The translations under genes and the position numbers were made by a program. Positions 24,388 through 35,600 of a stretch of 45,337 bases of DNA are shown here, piece by piece (the stretch's first letter is position 1; each line of letters opens with the position of its first letter). The DNA is from a virus (lineage: Duplodnaviria; Heunggongvirae; Uroviricota; Caudoviricetes), in IMG/VR virus record IMGVR_UViG_2718217885_000006; one strand, given 5' to 3'. The notes below the pieces were generated by a model. That model was not told the origin of the DNA. It saw only the letters and a program-made list of their open reading frames with translations, and made no database searches.

Positions 24388-26144
24388 TGGCAAAAGTGGC
24401 TGACGGGATCCGCTACGCCGAACGTGTTGTTGCAGGAGAAATTGTTGCTGGCGAATTTGTCCGCTTGGCCTGCCAGCGTTTTCTTGATGATCTGAAGTAC
24501 GGCGAAGAGCGGGGGATTTATTTCAGTGAACCCCGTGCGCAGCACATCCTGAATTTCTACAAATTTGTGCCTCATGTAAAAGGGGCGCTGGCAGGCCAGC
24601 CCATTGAACTGATGGACTGGCATGTATTTATCCTCATTAATATTTTTGGTTTTGTCATTCCGCTGGTGAATGAAGAGACCGGGGAAGTTGTCATGCGCAG
24701 CGATGGCAGCGGACGTCCGGTGATGGTGCGCCGGTTCCGGACGGCGTACAACGAAGTCGCCCGTAAAAACGCAAAATCAACTCTGTCATCGGGTATCGGC
24801 CTGTATATGACGGGGGCAGATGGTGAAGGCGGTGCTGAGGTGTATTCAGCCGCCACCACGCGTGACCAGGCCAGAATTGTGTTTGAAGACGCCAAAAATA
24901 TGGTCAGAAAAGCCCGGTCGACACTCGGGCGGTTGTTTGATTTCAACAAGCTGGCGATTTACCAGGAGCAGAGCGCATCAAAATTTGAACCGCTTTCCTC
25001 GGATGCAAACAACCTGGATGGTCTGAACATCCACTGCGCCATTATTGATGAGCTGCATGCACATAAAACCCGCGACGTGTGGGACGTTCTGGAAACGGCA
25101 ACCGGTGCCCGCCTGCAGTCCCTGTTATTTGGTATCACCACGGCAGGGTTTAACAAGGAAGGGATTTGTTACGAGCAGCGTGATTACGCCATCAAGGTAT
25201 TGCGTGGCTATAACAGCGATGTGGAGGGCGCTGTAAAAGACGACTCCTACTTTGCGATTATTTACACCCTCGATGAGGGAGATGATCCGTTTGATGAAAC
25301 GGTCTGGCAGAAAGCGAATCCCGGCCTGGGCATCTGTAAACGCTGGGATGATCTGCGTCGCCTGGCGAAAAAAGCGAAAGAACAGGTCTCTGCGCGGGTG
25401 AATTTTTTTACCAAACACATGAATGTGTGGGTAACAGCAGAGTCTGCCTGGATGGACATGATTAAGTGGGAGAAGTGCGAATACATTGCCCCACGACATG
25501 AGCTGAAAACGTATCCCATGTGGGTCGGCGTTGACCTTGCTCATAAGATTGATATCTGTGCGGCGGCAAAACTCTGGCGAACGGATAACGGGCATGTTCA
25601 TGCCGATTTTAAATTCTGGCTTCCGGAAGGACGGCTGGAACGATGCTCGCGGCAGCAGGCAGAACTTTACCGGAAGTGGGCGGAGATGGATAAGCTGATT
25701 CTGACGGATGGTGATGTTATCGATCATGCTCAGATAAAAAGTGACTTACTGGAATGGATTGGTGGTGAAAACCTCAGGGAACTGGGATTTGACCCGTGGA
25801 GCGCGATGCAGTTCAGCCTGGCACTGGCTGAAGAAGGGATACCGCTGGTGGAGGTTCCGCAGACGGTTCGCAATCTGTCAGAGGCCATGAAGGAAACGGA
25901 ATCACTGGTCTATGCCGGGCGTTTCCATCACAGCAATCATCCGGTCATGAACTGGATGATGTCTAACGTTACGGTAAAACCGGACAAAAACGACAATATC
26001 TTCCCGAATAAATCCACGCTGGAAGCCAAAATCGACGGCCCTGTTGCGATGTTTACAGCAATGAGCCGGATGCTGGTCAATGGTGGTGAACCGGAGCTGG
26101 ATCTGTCTGAACATCTGGTCAGCGTGGGCATCCGTTCGCTTTAA
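24387..26144 (+). CDS. terminase large subunit
   Basis: 585 aa; ATPase motifs (Walker B-like AIIDELH) and C-terminal nuclease domain; conserved position ahead of the portal. Confidence 0.9.
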   Translation: MAKVADGIRYAERVVAGEIVAGEFVRLACQRFLDDLKYGEERGIYFSEPRAQHILNFYKFVPHVKGALAGQPIELMDWHVFILINIFGFVIPLVNEETGEVVMRSDGSGRPVMVRRFRTAYNEVARKNAKSTLSSGIGLYMTGADGEGGAEVYSAATTRDQARIVFEDAKNMVRKARSTLGRLFDFNKLAIYQEQSASKFEPLSSDANNLDGLNIHCAIIDELHAHKTRDVWDVLETATGARLQSLLFGITTAGFNKEGICYEQRDYAIKVLRGYNSDVEGAVKDDSYFAIIYTLDEGDDPFDETVWQKANPGLGICKRWDDLRRLAKKAKEQVSARVNFFTKHMNVWVTAESAWMDMIKWEKCEYIAPRHELKTYPMWVGVDLAHKIDICAAAKLWRTDNGHVHADFKFWLPEGRLERCSRQQAELYRKWAEMDKLILTDGDVIDHAQIKSDLLEWIGGENLRELGFDPWSAMQFSLALAEEGIPLVEVPQTVRNLSEAMKETESLVYAGRFHHSNHPVMNWMMSNVTVKPDKNDNIFPNKSTLEAKIDGPVAMFTAMSRMLVNGGEPELDLSEHLVSVGIRSL

Positions 26145-26155
26145 CCGAGGTCATT

Positions 26156-26338
26156 ATGTTTCTGATAATTCTCGCGCCACTGGTGGGCGTGCTGGGTGCG
26201 CTTTTGCTGGCGTATGGTGCCTGGCTGATTTATCCCCCGGCGGGTTTTGTTGTTGCCGGGGTGCTGTGCCTGTTCTGGTCGTGGCTGGTGGCGCGATATC
26301 TCGACCGTACACAGCCGTCTGTCGGCGGAGGTAAATAG
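26156..26338 (+). CDS. small membrane protein (60 aa)
   Basis: ATG with GAGGT SD; two predicted TM helices ([40 protein letters not shown]); sits between terL and portal. Confidence 0.4.
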   Translation: MFLIILAPLVGVLGALLLAYGAWLIYPPAGFVVAGVLCLFWSWLVARYLDRTQPSVGGGK

Positions 26339-27579
26339 TGTTCTTTTCGGGGTTATTTCAACGAAAAAGTGACGCGCCGGTGACCACGCCAGCAGAGCTG
26401 GCGGATGCCATCGGGTTGTCTTACGACACCTATACCGGAAAGCAGATCAGCAGTCAGCGGGCCATGCGACTGACGGCGGTTTTTTCCTGCGTCAGAGTGC
26501 TGGCAGAGTCGGTCGGGATGTTGCCCTGCAATCTGTATCACCTGAACGGCAGCCTGAAACAGAGAGCCACCGGCGAACGTCTGCATAAGCTGATCTCCAC
26601 GCATCCCAATGGCTATATGACGCCGCAGGAGTTCTGGGAGCTGGTGGTCACCTGTCTGTGCCTGAGGGGAAACTTTTACGCCTACAAAGTGAAAGCATTT
26701 GGCGAAGTGGCTGAACTGCTGCCCGTCGATCCCGGTTGTGTGGTACCGAAGCTTAACAGTCGCTGGGAGCCGGTCTATCAGGTCACATTCCCGGACGGTT
26801 CCACGGATGTACTGAGCCAGGAAGATATCTGGCATGTGCGCACGCTGACGCTGGACGGTCTGGTGGGACTGAATCCCATCGCCTATGCCCGCGAGGCAAT
26901 ATCGCTGGCAGCAGCGACCGAAGAGCACGGGGCCAGACTGTTCAGCAATGGTGCGGTGACGTCCGGTGTGTTGCGTACAGAACAGACGCTGTCGGATCAG
27001 GCTTATGAGCGCCTGAAGAAAGATTTTGAGGAGCGTCACACCGGGCTTGGCAATGCTCACCGCCCGATGATCCTTGAGATGGGGCTGGACTGGAAGTCGA
27101 TGGCGCTGAACGCCGAGGACAGCCAGTTCCTGGAAACCCGCAAGTTTCAGCTTGAAGAAATCTGTCGTCTGTTCCGGGTGCCGTTGCACATGGTGCAGAA
27201 CACCGATCGCGCCACCTTCAACAATATCGAAGAGCTGGGGCTGGGATTTATCAACTATTCACTGGTGCCGTATCTGACCCGCATCGAACAGCGGATCAAC
27301 ACCGGACTGGTACGAAAAAGTAAGCAGGGCGTTTATTACGCCAAATTTAACGTCGGGGCGTTACTGCGCGGGGATATGAAGTCCCGTTTTGAAGCCTACG
27401 CCACCGGGATCAACTGGGGAATTTACTCTCCCAATGACTGCCGCGACCTGGAAGATATGAATCCGCGTCCCGGTGGGGATGTCTATCTCACACCGATGAA
27501 CATGACCACGAAACCATCCGATGGCAGTAAAGCCGGTAAGCAGAAGGATAACGCCAATGCAGACGAAACAACGTCTTGA
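26338..27579 (+). CDS. portal protein (HK97 family)
   Basis: 413 aa; GTG start with GGAGGT SD; conserved position after terminase. Confidence 0.85.
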   Translation: MFFSGLFQRKSDAPVTTPAELADAIGLSYDTYTGKQISSQRAMRLTAVFSCVRVLAESVGMLPCNLYHLNGSLKQRATGERLHKLISTHPNGYMTPQEFWELVVTCLCLRGNFYAYKVKAFGEVAELLPVDPGCVVPKLNSRWEPVYQVTFPDGSTDVLSQEDIWHVRTLTLDGLVGLNPIAYAREAISLAAATEEHGARLFSNGAVTSGVLRTEQTLSDQAYERLKKDFEERHTGLGNAHRPMILEMGLDWKSMALNAEDSQFLETRKFQLEEICRLFRVPLHMVQNTDRATFNNIEELGLGFINYSLVPYLTRIEQRINTGLVRKSKQGVYYAKFNVGALLRGDMKSRFEAYATGINWGIYSPNDCRDLEDMNPRPGGDVYLTPMNMTTKPSDGSKAGKQKDNANADETTS

Positions 27580-28207
27580 TGTACCGCTGAGTCTGAAATC
27601 TGTCAGTGACTCCGGTGAGTTTGAAGGGTATGGCTCCGTCTTTGGTGTAAAGGACAGCCACGATGATGTGGTGATGTCCGGGGCATTTGCTGCTTCCCTG
27701 CGGGCGTGGAGTGACAGAAAAGCGTTACCTGCGCTGCTCTGGCAGCACCGCATGGATGAACCCATCGGTGTTTACACCGAAATGAAGGAAGACGATGTCG
27801 GGCTTTACGTCAGGGGACGGTTGCTTATTGATGATGATCCCCTCGCAAAACGCGCACATGCACACATGAAGGCCGGTTCGTTAACCGGCCTTTCTATTGG
27901 GTACGTCCTGAAAGACTGGGAATACGACCGGAGCAAAGAAGCCTTTCTGCTGAAAGAAATCGACCTCTGGGAAGTCAGCCTGGTGACGTTCCCGTCTAAC
28001 GACGAGGCGCGGATCAGCGACGTCAAGAACGCACTGGCCCGCGGGGAAATCCCCGAACAGAAAAAAATCGAAAGAGTCCTGCGTGATGTCGGACTCTCCC
28101 GTACCCAGGCCAAAGCATTCATGGCCGGGGGCTATGGCGCACTGTCCCTGCGCGACGCTGAGGATGTGGGCTCTGCACTGAATGCACTGAAAAATCTAAA
28201 CTTCTAA
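27557..28207 (+). CDS. prohead maturation protease (HK97 family)
   Basis: Start at ATG (MQTKQ...) with AAGGA SD; N-terminal FEGYGSVFGVKDSHDDVVMSGAF typical of HK97-type proteases. Confidence 0.8.
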   Translation: MQTKQRLDVPLSLKSVSDSGEFEGYGSVFGVKDSHDDVVMSGAFAASLRAWSDRKALPALLWQHRMDEPIGVYTEMKEDDVGLYVRGRLLIDDDPLAKRAHAHMKAGSLTGLSIGYVLKDWEYDRSKEAFLLKEIDLWEVSLVTFPSNDEARISDVKNALARGEIPEQKKIERVLRDVGLSRTQAKAFMAGGYGALSLRDAEDVGSALNALKNLNF

Positions 28208-28221
28208 TCAGGAGAAATACG

Positions 28222-29427
28222 ATGGCGGTTGATATTAAAGATGTCGAACAGGTCGCGCAGGAGCTGCAGCAGAAGTTTGACGACTTCAAAGCAAAGAACG
28301 ACAAGCGCGTGGATGCGATTGAGCAGGAAAAAGGCAAACTTGCCGGGCAGGTGGAAACCCTGAACGGGAAACTCAGCGAGCTGGAAAACCTCAAAAGCGA
28401 TCTTGAAAAAGAGCTGCTTGAGCTGAAACGTCCGGCAGGTGGTGCGCAAAATAAACTGGCCACCGAGCATAAAGAAGCGTTTGTGGGCTTCCTGCGTAAA
28501 GGCCGTGAAGATGGTCTGCGCGATCTGGAGCGCAAGGCATTACAGGTGGGCTCCGATGAAGACGGCGGCTATGCCGTGCCGGAAGCACTGGATCGCAACA
28601 TTCTCACCCTGCTGAAAGATGAAGTGGTGATGCGCCAGGAAGCCACGGTGATCAGCGTTGGTGGTTCCGACTACAAAAAACTGGTGAATCTGGGCGGCAC
28701 GGCTTCCGGATGGGTTGGCGAGACTGACGCGCGCTCCCAGACTGCCACCTCAAAACTGGGCCTGATTGAACCTTTCATGGGGGAAATCTACGGTAACCCG
28801 CAGGCCACCCAGAAAATGCTGGATGATGCCTTTTTCAACGTGGAAGCATGGATCAACAGCGAGCTGGCAACCGAATTTGCCGAACAGGAAGAAATTGCCT
28901 TTACCACCGGCGATGGTACCAAGAAGCCGAAAGGGTTCCTGGCGTATGAGTCCACGGATGAAACAGACAAGGTCCGGGCGTTCGGCAAACTTCAGCATAT
29001 TGTATCCGGCGAAGCGACGGCGGTGACCGCAGATGCCATTATCAAACTGATTTACACGCTGCGTAAGGCACACCGCACTGGCGCGAAGTTCATGATGAAC
29101 AACAACAGTCTGTTTGCCATCCGTCTGCTGAAAGACAGTGAGGGTAACTATCTGTGGCGTCCGGGGCTGGAGCTGGGGCAGCCGTCCTCTCTGGCGGGTT
29201 ACGCTATCGCTGAAAACGAACAGATGCCGGATATTGCCGCTGATGCGAAAGCCATTGCATTTGGTAACTTCAAACGGAGTTACACCATCGTTGACCGTAT
29301 CGGTACCCGCATTCTGCGTGACCCGTACACCAATAAACCGTTTGTCGGTTTTTATACCACCAAGCGCACCGGCGGCATGCTGGTCGATTCGCAGGCCATC
29401 AAACTGCTGAAGATTGCAGCGGCGTAA
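28222..29427 (+). CDS. major capsid protein (HK97 fold)
   Basis: 401 aa; N-terminal coiled-coil scaffold-like delta region followed by capsid domain; AGGAGA SD; gene order protease then capsid. Confidence 0.9.
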   Translation: MAVDIKDVEQVAQELQQKFDDFKAKNDKRVDAIEQEKGKLAGQVETLNGKLSELENLKSDLEKELLELKRPAGGAQNKLATEHKEAFVGFLRKGREDGLRDLERKALQVGSDEDGGYAVPEALDRNILTLLKDEVVMRQEATVISVGGSDYKKLVNLGGTASGWVGETDARSQTATSKLGLIEPFMGEIYGNPQATQKMLDDAFFNVEAWINSELATEFAEQEEIAFTTGDGTKKPKGFLAYESTDETDKVRAFGKLQHIVSGEATAVTADAIIKLIYTLRKAHRTGAKFMMNNNSLFAIRLLKDSEGNYLWRPGLELGQPSSLAGYAIAENEQMPDIAADAKAIAFGNFKRSYTIVDRIGTRILRDPYTNKPFVGFYTTKRTGGMLVDSQAIKLLKIAAA

Positions 29428-29433
29428 TCATTC

Positions 29434-29457
29434 AGGGGGCGCAGAAGTGCGCCCCCT
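29434..29457 (+). promoter_or_regulatory. stable GC-rich stem-loop after the major capsid gene
   Basis: AGGGGGCGC / GCGCCCCCT inverted repeat with 6-nt loop, no following T-run. Confidence 0.4.
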
Positions 29458-29478
29458 GTTCTGACAGGTGAAAGAATC

Positions 29479-29667
29479 ATGATCCTGAAACAAGATCTGA
29501 AATGGTCACCGGACGGTATGCGTGTTGAGATTATTCGGGCCGGTGAGTATGAAGATAAAGAATTACCCGAACGGGTACGCGAAATTGCCACTGCAGCTGG
29601 GATTGTCTCTGATAAGAGAACACCTGTTGCGCGGGGGGCTGATAAGTCTAAAAAACAGCATTCATAG
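29479..29667 (+). CDS. hypothetical protein (62 aa)
   Basis: Small ORF between capsid and head-tail connector genes. Confidence 0.35.
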   Translation: MILKQDLKWSPDGMRVEIIRAGEYEDKELPERVREIATAAGIVSDKRTPVARGADKSKKQHS

Positions 29668-29678
29668 AGGTTGCCCAA

Positions 29679-29984
29679 ATGATGCCCACTCTGGAAGAGC
29701 TTCGTGTTCAGTGCCGGATTGATGATGACAATGAACAGGAGAATTCTCTTCTTATGATGTATCTGGCTGCTGCCAGGGAAGAGGCTGAAAAGTTTTTAAA
29801 CCGGACGCTTTACGATGAAACTGTTTCTGAGCAGGATACGACCGGGCTTGTAATAACACCTCTGATAAAACTGCGTCTTATGCAACTGGTTGGCTACTGG
29901 TACGAGAACAGGGAAATGCAGGATGCAGTGCCTGATTTTTTCTATACCGGACTGCGGATGTATCGATTTCATCCCGGAACATAG
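29679..29984 (+). CDS. head-tail connector (gp6-like)
   Basis: 101 aa; position and size in the HK97-like head module. Confidence 0.6.
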   Translation: MMPTLEELRVQCRIDDDNEQENSLLMMYLAAAREEAEKFLNRTLYDETVSEQDTTGLVITPLIKLRLMQLVGYWYENREMQDAVPDFFYTGLRMYRFHPGT

Positions 29985-29992
29985 GAGGATTC

Positions 29993-30331
29993 ATGCAGGC
30001 AGGAAGATTACGTGATCGTGTGGTTATTCTGAATGCCACCACCGTTCGGTCTCCGTCAGGGCACCCTGTGGAAACAATGACGGAGGGGGCAACCGTATGG
30101 GCAGAAGTTAAGGGGATCAGTGGCAGGGAGAGAATATCCGGAGGCGCAGAAACTGCTCAGGCTACAGTGAGGGTCTGGATGAGATTCCGGCGAGATGTAA
30201 CAGCAACTTCATGTCTGAAAGTGCTGACTGGTGCATTCAAAGGCGCGATTCTGAGTATAGACGGTCCGCCGATACCGGATGCTCGTGCCACACGGCTTGA
30301 GATACTCTGTTCTCAGAAGGGGAATGTGTGA
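29993..30331 (+). CDS. head closure / head-tail adaptor protein
   Basis: 112 aa; AGGAGG SD; conserved position. Confidence 0.6.
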   Translation: MQAGRLRDRVVILNATTVRSPSGHPVETMTEGATVWAEVKGISGRERISGGAETAQATVRVWMRFRRDVTATSCLKVLTGAFKGAILSIDGPPIPDARATRLEILCSQKGNV

Positions 30332-30777
30332 TGGATTTCAGTCTTGATTTTTCAGGTCTGGCGGATATTGCACGGGATCTGGAGACGCTCAGCAGGGCAG
30401 AAAACAATAAGGTACTGCGCGATGCCACCCGTGCCGGTGCTGAAGTTATGCGGGATGCAGTTGTTGAACGTGCGCCGGAGCGAACCGGGAAACTGAAGAA
30501 AAATGTGGTTGTTCTCACTCAGCGTTCAAAGCGTCGGGGGGAAATTATCTCGGGTGTCCACATTCGTGGACGGAACCTGCGAACCGGAAACAGTGATAAC
30601 AGCATGAAAGCCAGTGATCCCCGAAATGCGTTTTACTGGCGCTTTGTGGAGCTGGGAACGATAAACATGCCCGCGCATCCGTTCATTCGCCCGGCTTTCG
30701 ATACGACAGAGGAACTGGCAGCACAGATTGCCATACAGCGAATGAATCAGGCTATTGATGAGGTCTTAAGTAAATGA
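30331..30777 (+). CDS. HK97 gp10-family tail component
   Basis: 148 aa; C-terminal GTINMPAHPFIRPAF resembles the gp10 family; overlapping start and stop with neighbours. Confidence 0.6.
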   Translation: MDFSLDFSGLADIARDLETLSRAENNKVLRDATRAGAEVMRDAVVERAPERTGKLKKNVVVLTQRSKRRGEIISGVHIRGRNLRTGNSDNSMKASDPRNAFYWRFVELGTINMPAHPFIRPAFDTTEELAAQIAIQRMNQAIDEVLSK

Positions 30778-31118
30778 GAGAGACCACACTGTATTCCCTG
30801 CTGTCTCAACTGGCCGGAGGACAGGTTTATCCTTATGTGGTCCCGCTGACGGAGGGAAAGCCTGCGGTATCTCCGCCATGGCTGGTATTTTCTGTGGTGT
30901 CTGACACTGCGTCTGATGTGCTTGATGGTCAGGCTGAATCCAGAATTACCGTGCAGATCGATGTCTGGGCAACAGTACCTGATGACGCAGATGATATCCG
31001 TGAGCAGGCGCTTGATGCGGTAAGGCAACTTGCACCCTCCGTTATTTCTAAAACTCAGGGTTATGATCCTGATTCCCGTCTGAGCAGAGCCACGCTTGAA
31101 TTTCAGGTAATAGCCTGA
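30774..31118 (+). CDS. tail completion/terminator-like protein
   Basis: 114 aa; ATGA overlap with the upstream gene; position before the major tail gene. Confidence 0.5.
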   Translation: MRETTLYSLLSQLAGGQVYPYVVPLTEGKPAVSPPWLVFSVVSDTASDVLDGQAESRITVQIDVWATVPDDADDIREQALDAVRQLAPSVISKTQGYDPDSRLSRATLEFQVIA

Positions 31119-31138
31119 GGTCGTTAATGATTTTACCC

Positions 31139-31160
31139 ACCCGCCGCTGGCGGGTTTTTT
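31139..31160 (+). terminator. intrinsic terminator-like hairpin before the major tail gene
   Basis: Stem ACCCGCC/GGCGGGT, 3-nt loop, then TTTTTT. Confidence 0.45.
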
Positions 31161-31177
31161 ATTTTCAGGAGACGAGT

Positions 31178-31882
31178 ATGTCCTCTAATTTTGAGCGTTC
31201 GCAACTGACGAAAATTATGATTTCGTCTGCACCGGTAACAGCAGAAACCCTGGATTCTGCCAGCTATCTTGGCCTGAGCTGTACAATCAAAGAGGTGCAG
31301 TTTACCGCAGGACAAAAGCAGGATATTGATGTCACCACGCTGTGTTCTGTTGAGCAGGAAAATATTAACGGCCTTGGTGCCGCGTCAGAGATTTCCATGT
31401 CAGGCAACTTTTACCTCAATGCTGCCCAGAACGCGTTGCGCAGTGCCTATGACAATGACACCACGTATGGCTTTAAAGTTATTTTTCCGTCAGGCAACGG
31501 ATTTACCTTTATGGCAGAGGTGCGTCAGCATACCTGGTCTGCAGGAACTAATGGTGTTGTGGCTGCAACGTTTTCCCTGCGCCTGAAAGGTAAACCTGTG
31601 CTGACGACAGAGCCGCTGAAAGTGAAGGTCGATTTAAACAGCACGCTGCAGGTTTCTGCCGGAGCGAAACTCGAAATGGTGGTTGAGGCTGCCGGTGGTG
31701 TGCCGCCTTATTCTTATGTCTGGAAGAAAGGTAGTTCTCCTGTTTCCGGACAGACGGCGGCAACATTCAGTAAGGCATCAGCAGCATCAGGTGATGCCGG
31801 TGCGTATACCTGCGAGATTTCTGATTCAGCAAGCCCTGTTAACAAGGTGACCTCCACTTCCTGCACTGTTACCGTCAGTTAA
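31178..31882 (+). CDS. major tail tube protein with C-terminal Ig-like domain
   Basis: Start at ATG (MSSNF...) with AGGAGA SD; C-terminal region (PLKVKVDLNSTLQVSAGAKLEMVVEAAGGVPPYSYVWKKG ... YTCEISD) looks Ig-like, as in lambda V. Confidence 0.7.
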   Translation: MSSNFERSQLTKIMISSAPVTAETLDSASYLGLSCTIKEVQFTAGQKQDIDVTTLCSVEQENINGLGAASEISMSGNFYLNAAQNALRSAYDNDTTYGFKVIFPSGNGFTFMAEVRQHTWSAGTNGVVAATFSLRLKGKPVLTTEPLKVKVDLNSTLQVSAGAKLEMVVEAAGGVPPYSYVWKKGSSPVSGQTAATFSKASAASGDAGAYTCEISDSASPVNKVTSTSCTVTVS

Positions 31883-32268
31883 TGAGGATAGATGTGATGA
31901 CTAAAAATATCCGCAATCTGGCACTGGCAACGATGTCGGGGTTTCGCCATAAAACTGTTGATGTGCCTGAATGGGAAGGGGCAACGGTTGTATTACGGGA
32001 ACCTTCTGCAGAAGCCTGGTTGCGCTGGCAGGAGATCGTTAAAGCAAAAGATGATGAGACACCGTTATCCGTTGCGGAGCGCGCCCGCCGAAATCTGGAG
32101 GCAGATGTTGAACTGTTCATTGATGTTCTGTGTGATACCGGACTGCAACCTGTATTTTCAGAGGATGATCGTGAACAGGTGATTGCCGTGTATGGCCCGG
32201 TGCATGCGCGGCTTCTTCGGCAGTCTCTGGAACTGATCAGTGATGCCGGCGAGGTTAAAAAAAAGTAG
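31882..32268 (+). CDS. tail assembly chaperone (lambda G-like)
   Basis: 128 aa between the tube and tape-measure genes; ends in a poly-A slippery tract. Confidence 0.7.
   Translation: MRIDVMTKNIRNLALATMSGFRHKTVDVPEWEGATVVLREPSAEAWLRWQEIVKAKDDETPLSVAERARRNLEADVELFIDVLCDTGLQPVFSEDDREQVIAVYGPVHARLLRQSLELISDAGEVKKK
32257..32265 (+). other. -1 programmed ribosomal frameshift slippery site (A8 then G)
   Basis: AAAAAAAAG at the 3' end of the G-like ORF; the -1 frame is open from 32259 into the T-like ORF. Confidence 0.6.
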
Positions 32269-32570
32269 CGCTTCCGGGGATGCGTTTTCTGATGATGCTG
32301 GCGCTCAGGATGGGGCGCACATTGTCAGAGTTACGCCGGGAAATGTCCGCATCAGAAATCATGATGTGGGCAGAATTTGACAGGTTCAGCCCGCTGGGTG
32401 ACGAACGGGCTGATATCCGGGCTGCCCAGATAGTTTCTGCGGTTTACGGTGCGCAGGGTGTCAAAGTCACACTGAATGATGCGCTTCTTCAGTGGGAACA
32501 AGAGCAGACAGAAGGCGTCTCAGATCCATTTGCCGGACTGGAAAACGCGCTTTTAATAGTGTCTCAGTGA
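32259..32570 (+). CDS. T-like extension of the frameshifted GT tail assembly chaperone
   Basis: -1 frame relative to G, open from the slippery site to 32570; the track ORF 32280-32570 is in this frame. Confidence 0.6.
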   Translation, partial: KKVALPGMRFLMMLALRMGRTLSELRREMSASEIMMWAEFDRFSPLGDERADIRAAQIVSAVYGAQGVKVTLNDALLQWEQEQTEGVSDPFAGLENALLIVSQ

Positions 32571-32578
32571 GTCAACAT

Positions 32579-32599
32579 AACCGCTTCGGCGGTTTTTTT
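32579..32599 (+). terminator. terminator-like hairpin between GT and tape measure
   Basis: Stem AACCGC/GCGGTT, loop TTCG, then TTTTTTT. Confidence 0.4.
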
Positions 32600-32609
32600 C
32601 GTCCGGAGA

Positions 32610-35600
32610 ATGAGTGTGGCGACATTACGTGAACTGATTATTAAAATCTCGGCAAATTCCCGGTCATTCCAGTCAGAGATCTCCCGGGCTTCGCGTATGG
32701 GGCAGGATTACTACCGTACCATGCAGAACGGAGGCCGGCAGTCCGCTGCTGCATCCCGTGAAATGCGGCGTGCACTGGCAGAAGTGACGGATCAGATAAA
32801 TACAGCTAAATCTTCGGCACTGAATATGGCGGGGGCATTTGCCGGAGCTTTTGCTACCGGTCATCTTATTTCTCTCGCCGATGAGTGGAATTCAGTAAAT
32901 GCCCGTCTGAAGCAGGCTTCACAGTCCAGTGATGATTTTCAGGTATCACAACGTGAATTAATGGCAATCAGCCAGAGAACGGGAACGGCGTTTTCTGATA
33001 ACGCCAGCCTTTTTGCCCGCTCTGCAGCTTCCATGCGGGAGTATGGCTACAGTTCTGAGGAGGTACTGAAAGTCACCGAGGCGATCTCCACGGGCCTGAA
33101 ATTATCCGGTGCCAGTACAGCAGAAGCCAGTTCGGTGATCACGCAGTTCAGTCAGGCACTGGCGCAGGGAGTGCTGCGCGGTGAAGAATTTAACTCTGTG
33201 AATGAGAACGGCGATCGTGTTATTCGTGCGCTGGCTGCGGGAATGGGTGTTGCCCGTAAGGATCTGAAGGCCATGGCGGATAACGGAAAACTGACCGCCG
33301 ATAAGGTTGTTCCTGCACTGATTAGTCAGCTTGGGGCGTTGCGTGATGAATATGCAGCAATGCCTGATACTGTTTCATCCTCTGCAACCAAAGTTGAAAA
33401 CGCCTTTATGGCCTGGGTTGGTGGTGCGAACGAGGCAAGCGGAGTGACAAAGACACTCACCGGGGTGTTGAATGGTGTTGCAGACAATATGGATACCGTG
33501 GCTGCTGCAGCTGGCGCACTGGTTGCCGTCGGGGTAGCCCGATATTTTGGCAATATGGCGTCGTCTGCTGGATCTGCAACTGCCGGATTAATTACTGCAG
33601 CCAGAAACGAAGTGGCTCTTGCTGAAGCGCAACTTCGGGGGACACAGATAGCAACCGCCAGGGCGCGTGCGGCGGTTTATCGTGCGCAACAGGCGGTTGT
33701 TGCTGCTCGCGGTACCGAAAGGCAGGCCGCAGCAGAAGCGAAGCTGACAGCTGCCCAGGCGTCACTTACCCGTAATATTGCGGCCAGAACAGCGGCACAG
33801 ACAACGCTGAATACTGTCACGTCAGTGGGGAGTCGTCTGTTAAGTGGTGCGCTGGGGTTGGTTGGTGGTGTGCCGGGACTCGTCATGCTGGGGGCGACGG
33901 CCTGGTACACGATGTATCAGAATCAGGAGCAGGCCAGAGAATCTGCACGCCAGTATGCCGCAACAATCGACGAAATTCGCCAGAAAACGTCGGCAATGTC
34001 GCTTCCTGAAGCGTCAGATAATGAGGAAAAGACGCGGCAGGCACTTGATGAGCAAAACAGGTTAATTGACGAGCAGAAAAGTAAGATTAAATCCTTACAG
34101 GAAAAAATTGCTGGCTATCAGTATGTGCTGGCAAACCCGGGCTGGACAACCGATAACGGTTTTATGATTAACCACATGACGTCGGTAAAAACTGTCACAG
34201 AAGGGCTTGCAGAAGCAACAAATCAACTGGCAGTTGAACAGTCCCGTCTCACACAAATGCAGGGCAAAGCGCAATCCATTCAGGATGTGCTTGCCGGGCT
34301 GGAGGAGCGACGGGTGGCGTTGATCCGTCAACAGGCCGCGGAACAAAACAAAGCGTATCAGTCCCTGTTGATCATGAATGGGCAGCATACCGAGTTTAAT
34401 CGCCTTCTCGGGCTCGGTAATGAATTACTTCAGCAGCGACAGGGGCTGGTGAATGTACCGTTACGGCTACCACAGGCAACCCTGGATGATAAACAGCAGA
34501 CCGCACTGAATAACAGTGAGCGCGAACTGGCTCTGTCCCGCCTGAAGGGGGAAGCCCGTGAGCGTGCCCGCCTGGGTTATGCTGCGGATGATCTCGGCTT
34601 TGTGGGAGAGGCGTATCAGACAGCCAGACAGAATTATATCAATAACTCACTGGATGCCTGGCGAAATAACCAGGCAAATAAACCCAAAGCGCATAAAAAG
34701 ACCGAAGCGGAAAAAACAGAAGATATTTATAAACGGCTGATTAAACAGCAAAAAGAACAAATAGCACTGGCAGGGCAGAATACTGAACTGGCTAAGATGA
34801 AATATCAGGTCAGTCAGGGCGAATTATCAACCCTGTCAGAAGCGCAGAAAAAAACGCTTTTGCAGAATGCAGCACTCATCGACCAGAAAAAGATTCGTGA
34901 GCAGCTTGCTGCGTATGAGAGCAGTCTGGCGGACAGTAATGCCAGTGCCCGGGCATCTGACGAAGCGCAGTTGCTGGGATATGGTGAAGGCTCACGGATG
35001 CGTGAACGACTCCAGGAAATGTGGAGTATCCGGCAGGCGTTTGAGCAGAAAAATAACGAGCTGCTGAGACAGTATCAGGCCGGAGAAATTGAAGAAGCTC
35101 TGTGGAAACAGGAGAAAGAACTGAATAAAAAATATCTGGAAGAGCGTCTCAGCGATCAGCAGGATTATTATGCAAAGGCCGATGCTTTACGTAATAACTG
35201 GAATGCCGGACTCCAGGAGGGACTGACCAACTGGGCAGACAGTGCCACCGATTATGCTTCACAGGCGGCAGATGCTGTCGTTTCCACGATGGACGGGCTG
35301 GTATCAAATATTTCCGATGCACTGGCCGGGAATGTTGTGGACTGGAGGAACTGGGGGAGTTCAGTTCTCCGGGAAGTTTCAAAAATTCTGATGAATGCAG
35401 CCATTGTTAACGGACTGAAATCACTCTCCGGTGCCGGAGGGTGGCTTGGTACGGTCGGCGGATGGATTTCGGGGGCAGTGGCAAACGCAAAAGGTGGTGT
35501 TTACACATCGGCAAATCTGAGTGCTTACAGTAACACTATTGTGGATACACCGACGTATTTTGCTTTTGCGAAAGGTGCCGGGTTGATGGGCGAGGCCGGG

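Noticed and set aside
25125-27189. Minus-strand ORFs of 200 and 278 aa inside terL and the portal gene
   Set aside because: Antisense to well-supported terminase and portal reading frames; no SD or protein-like features.
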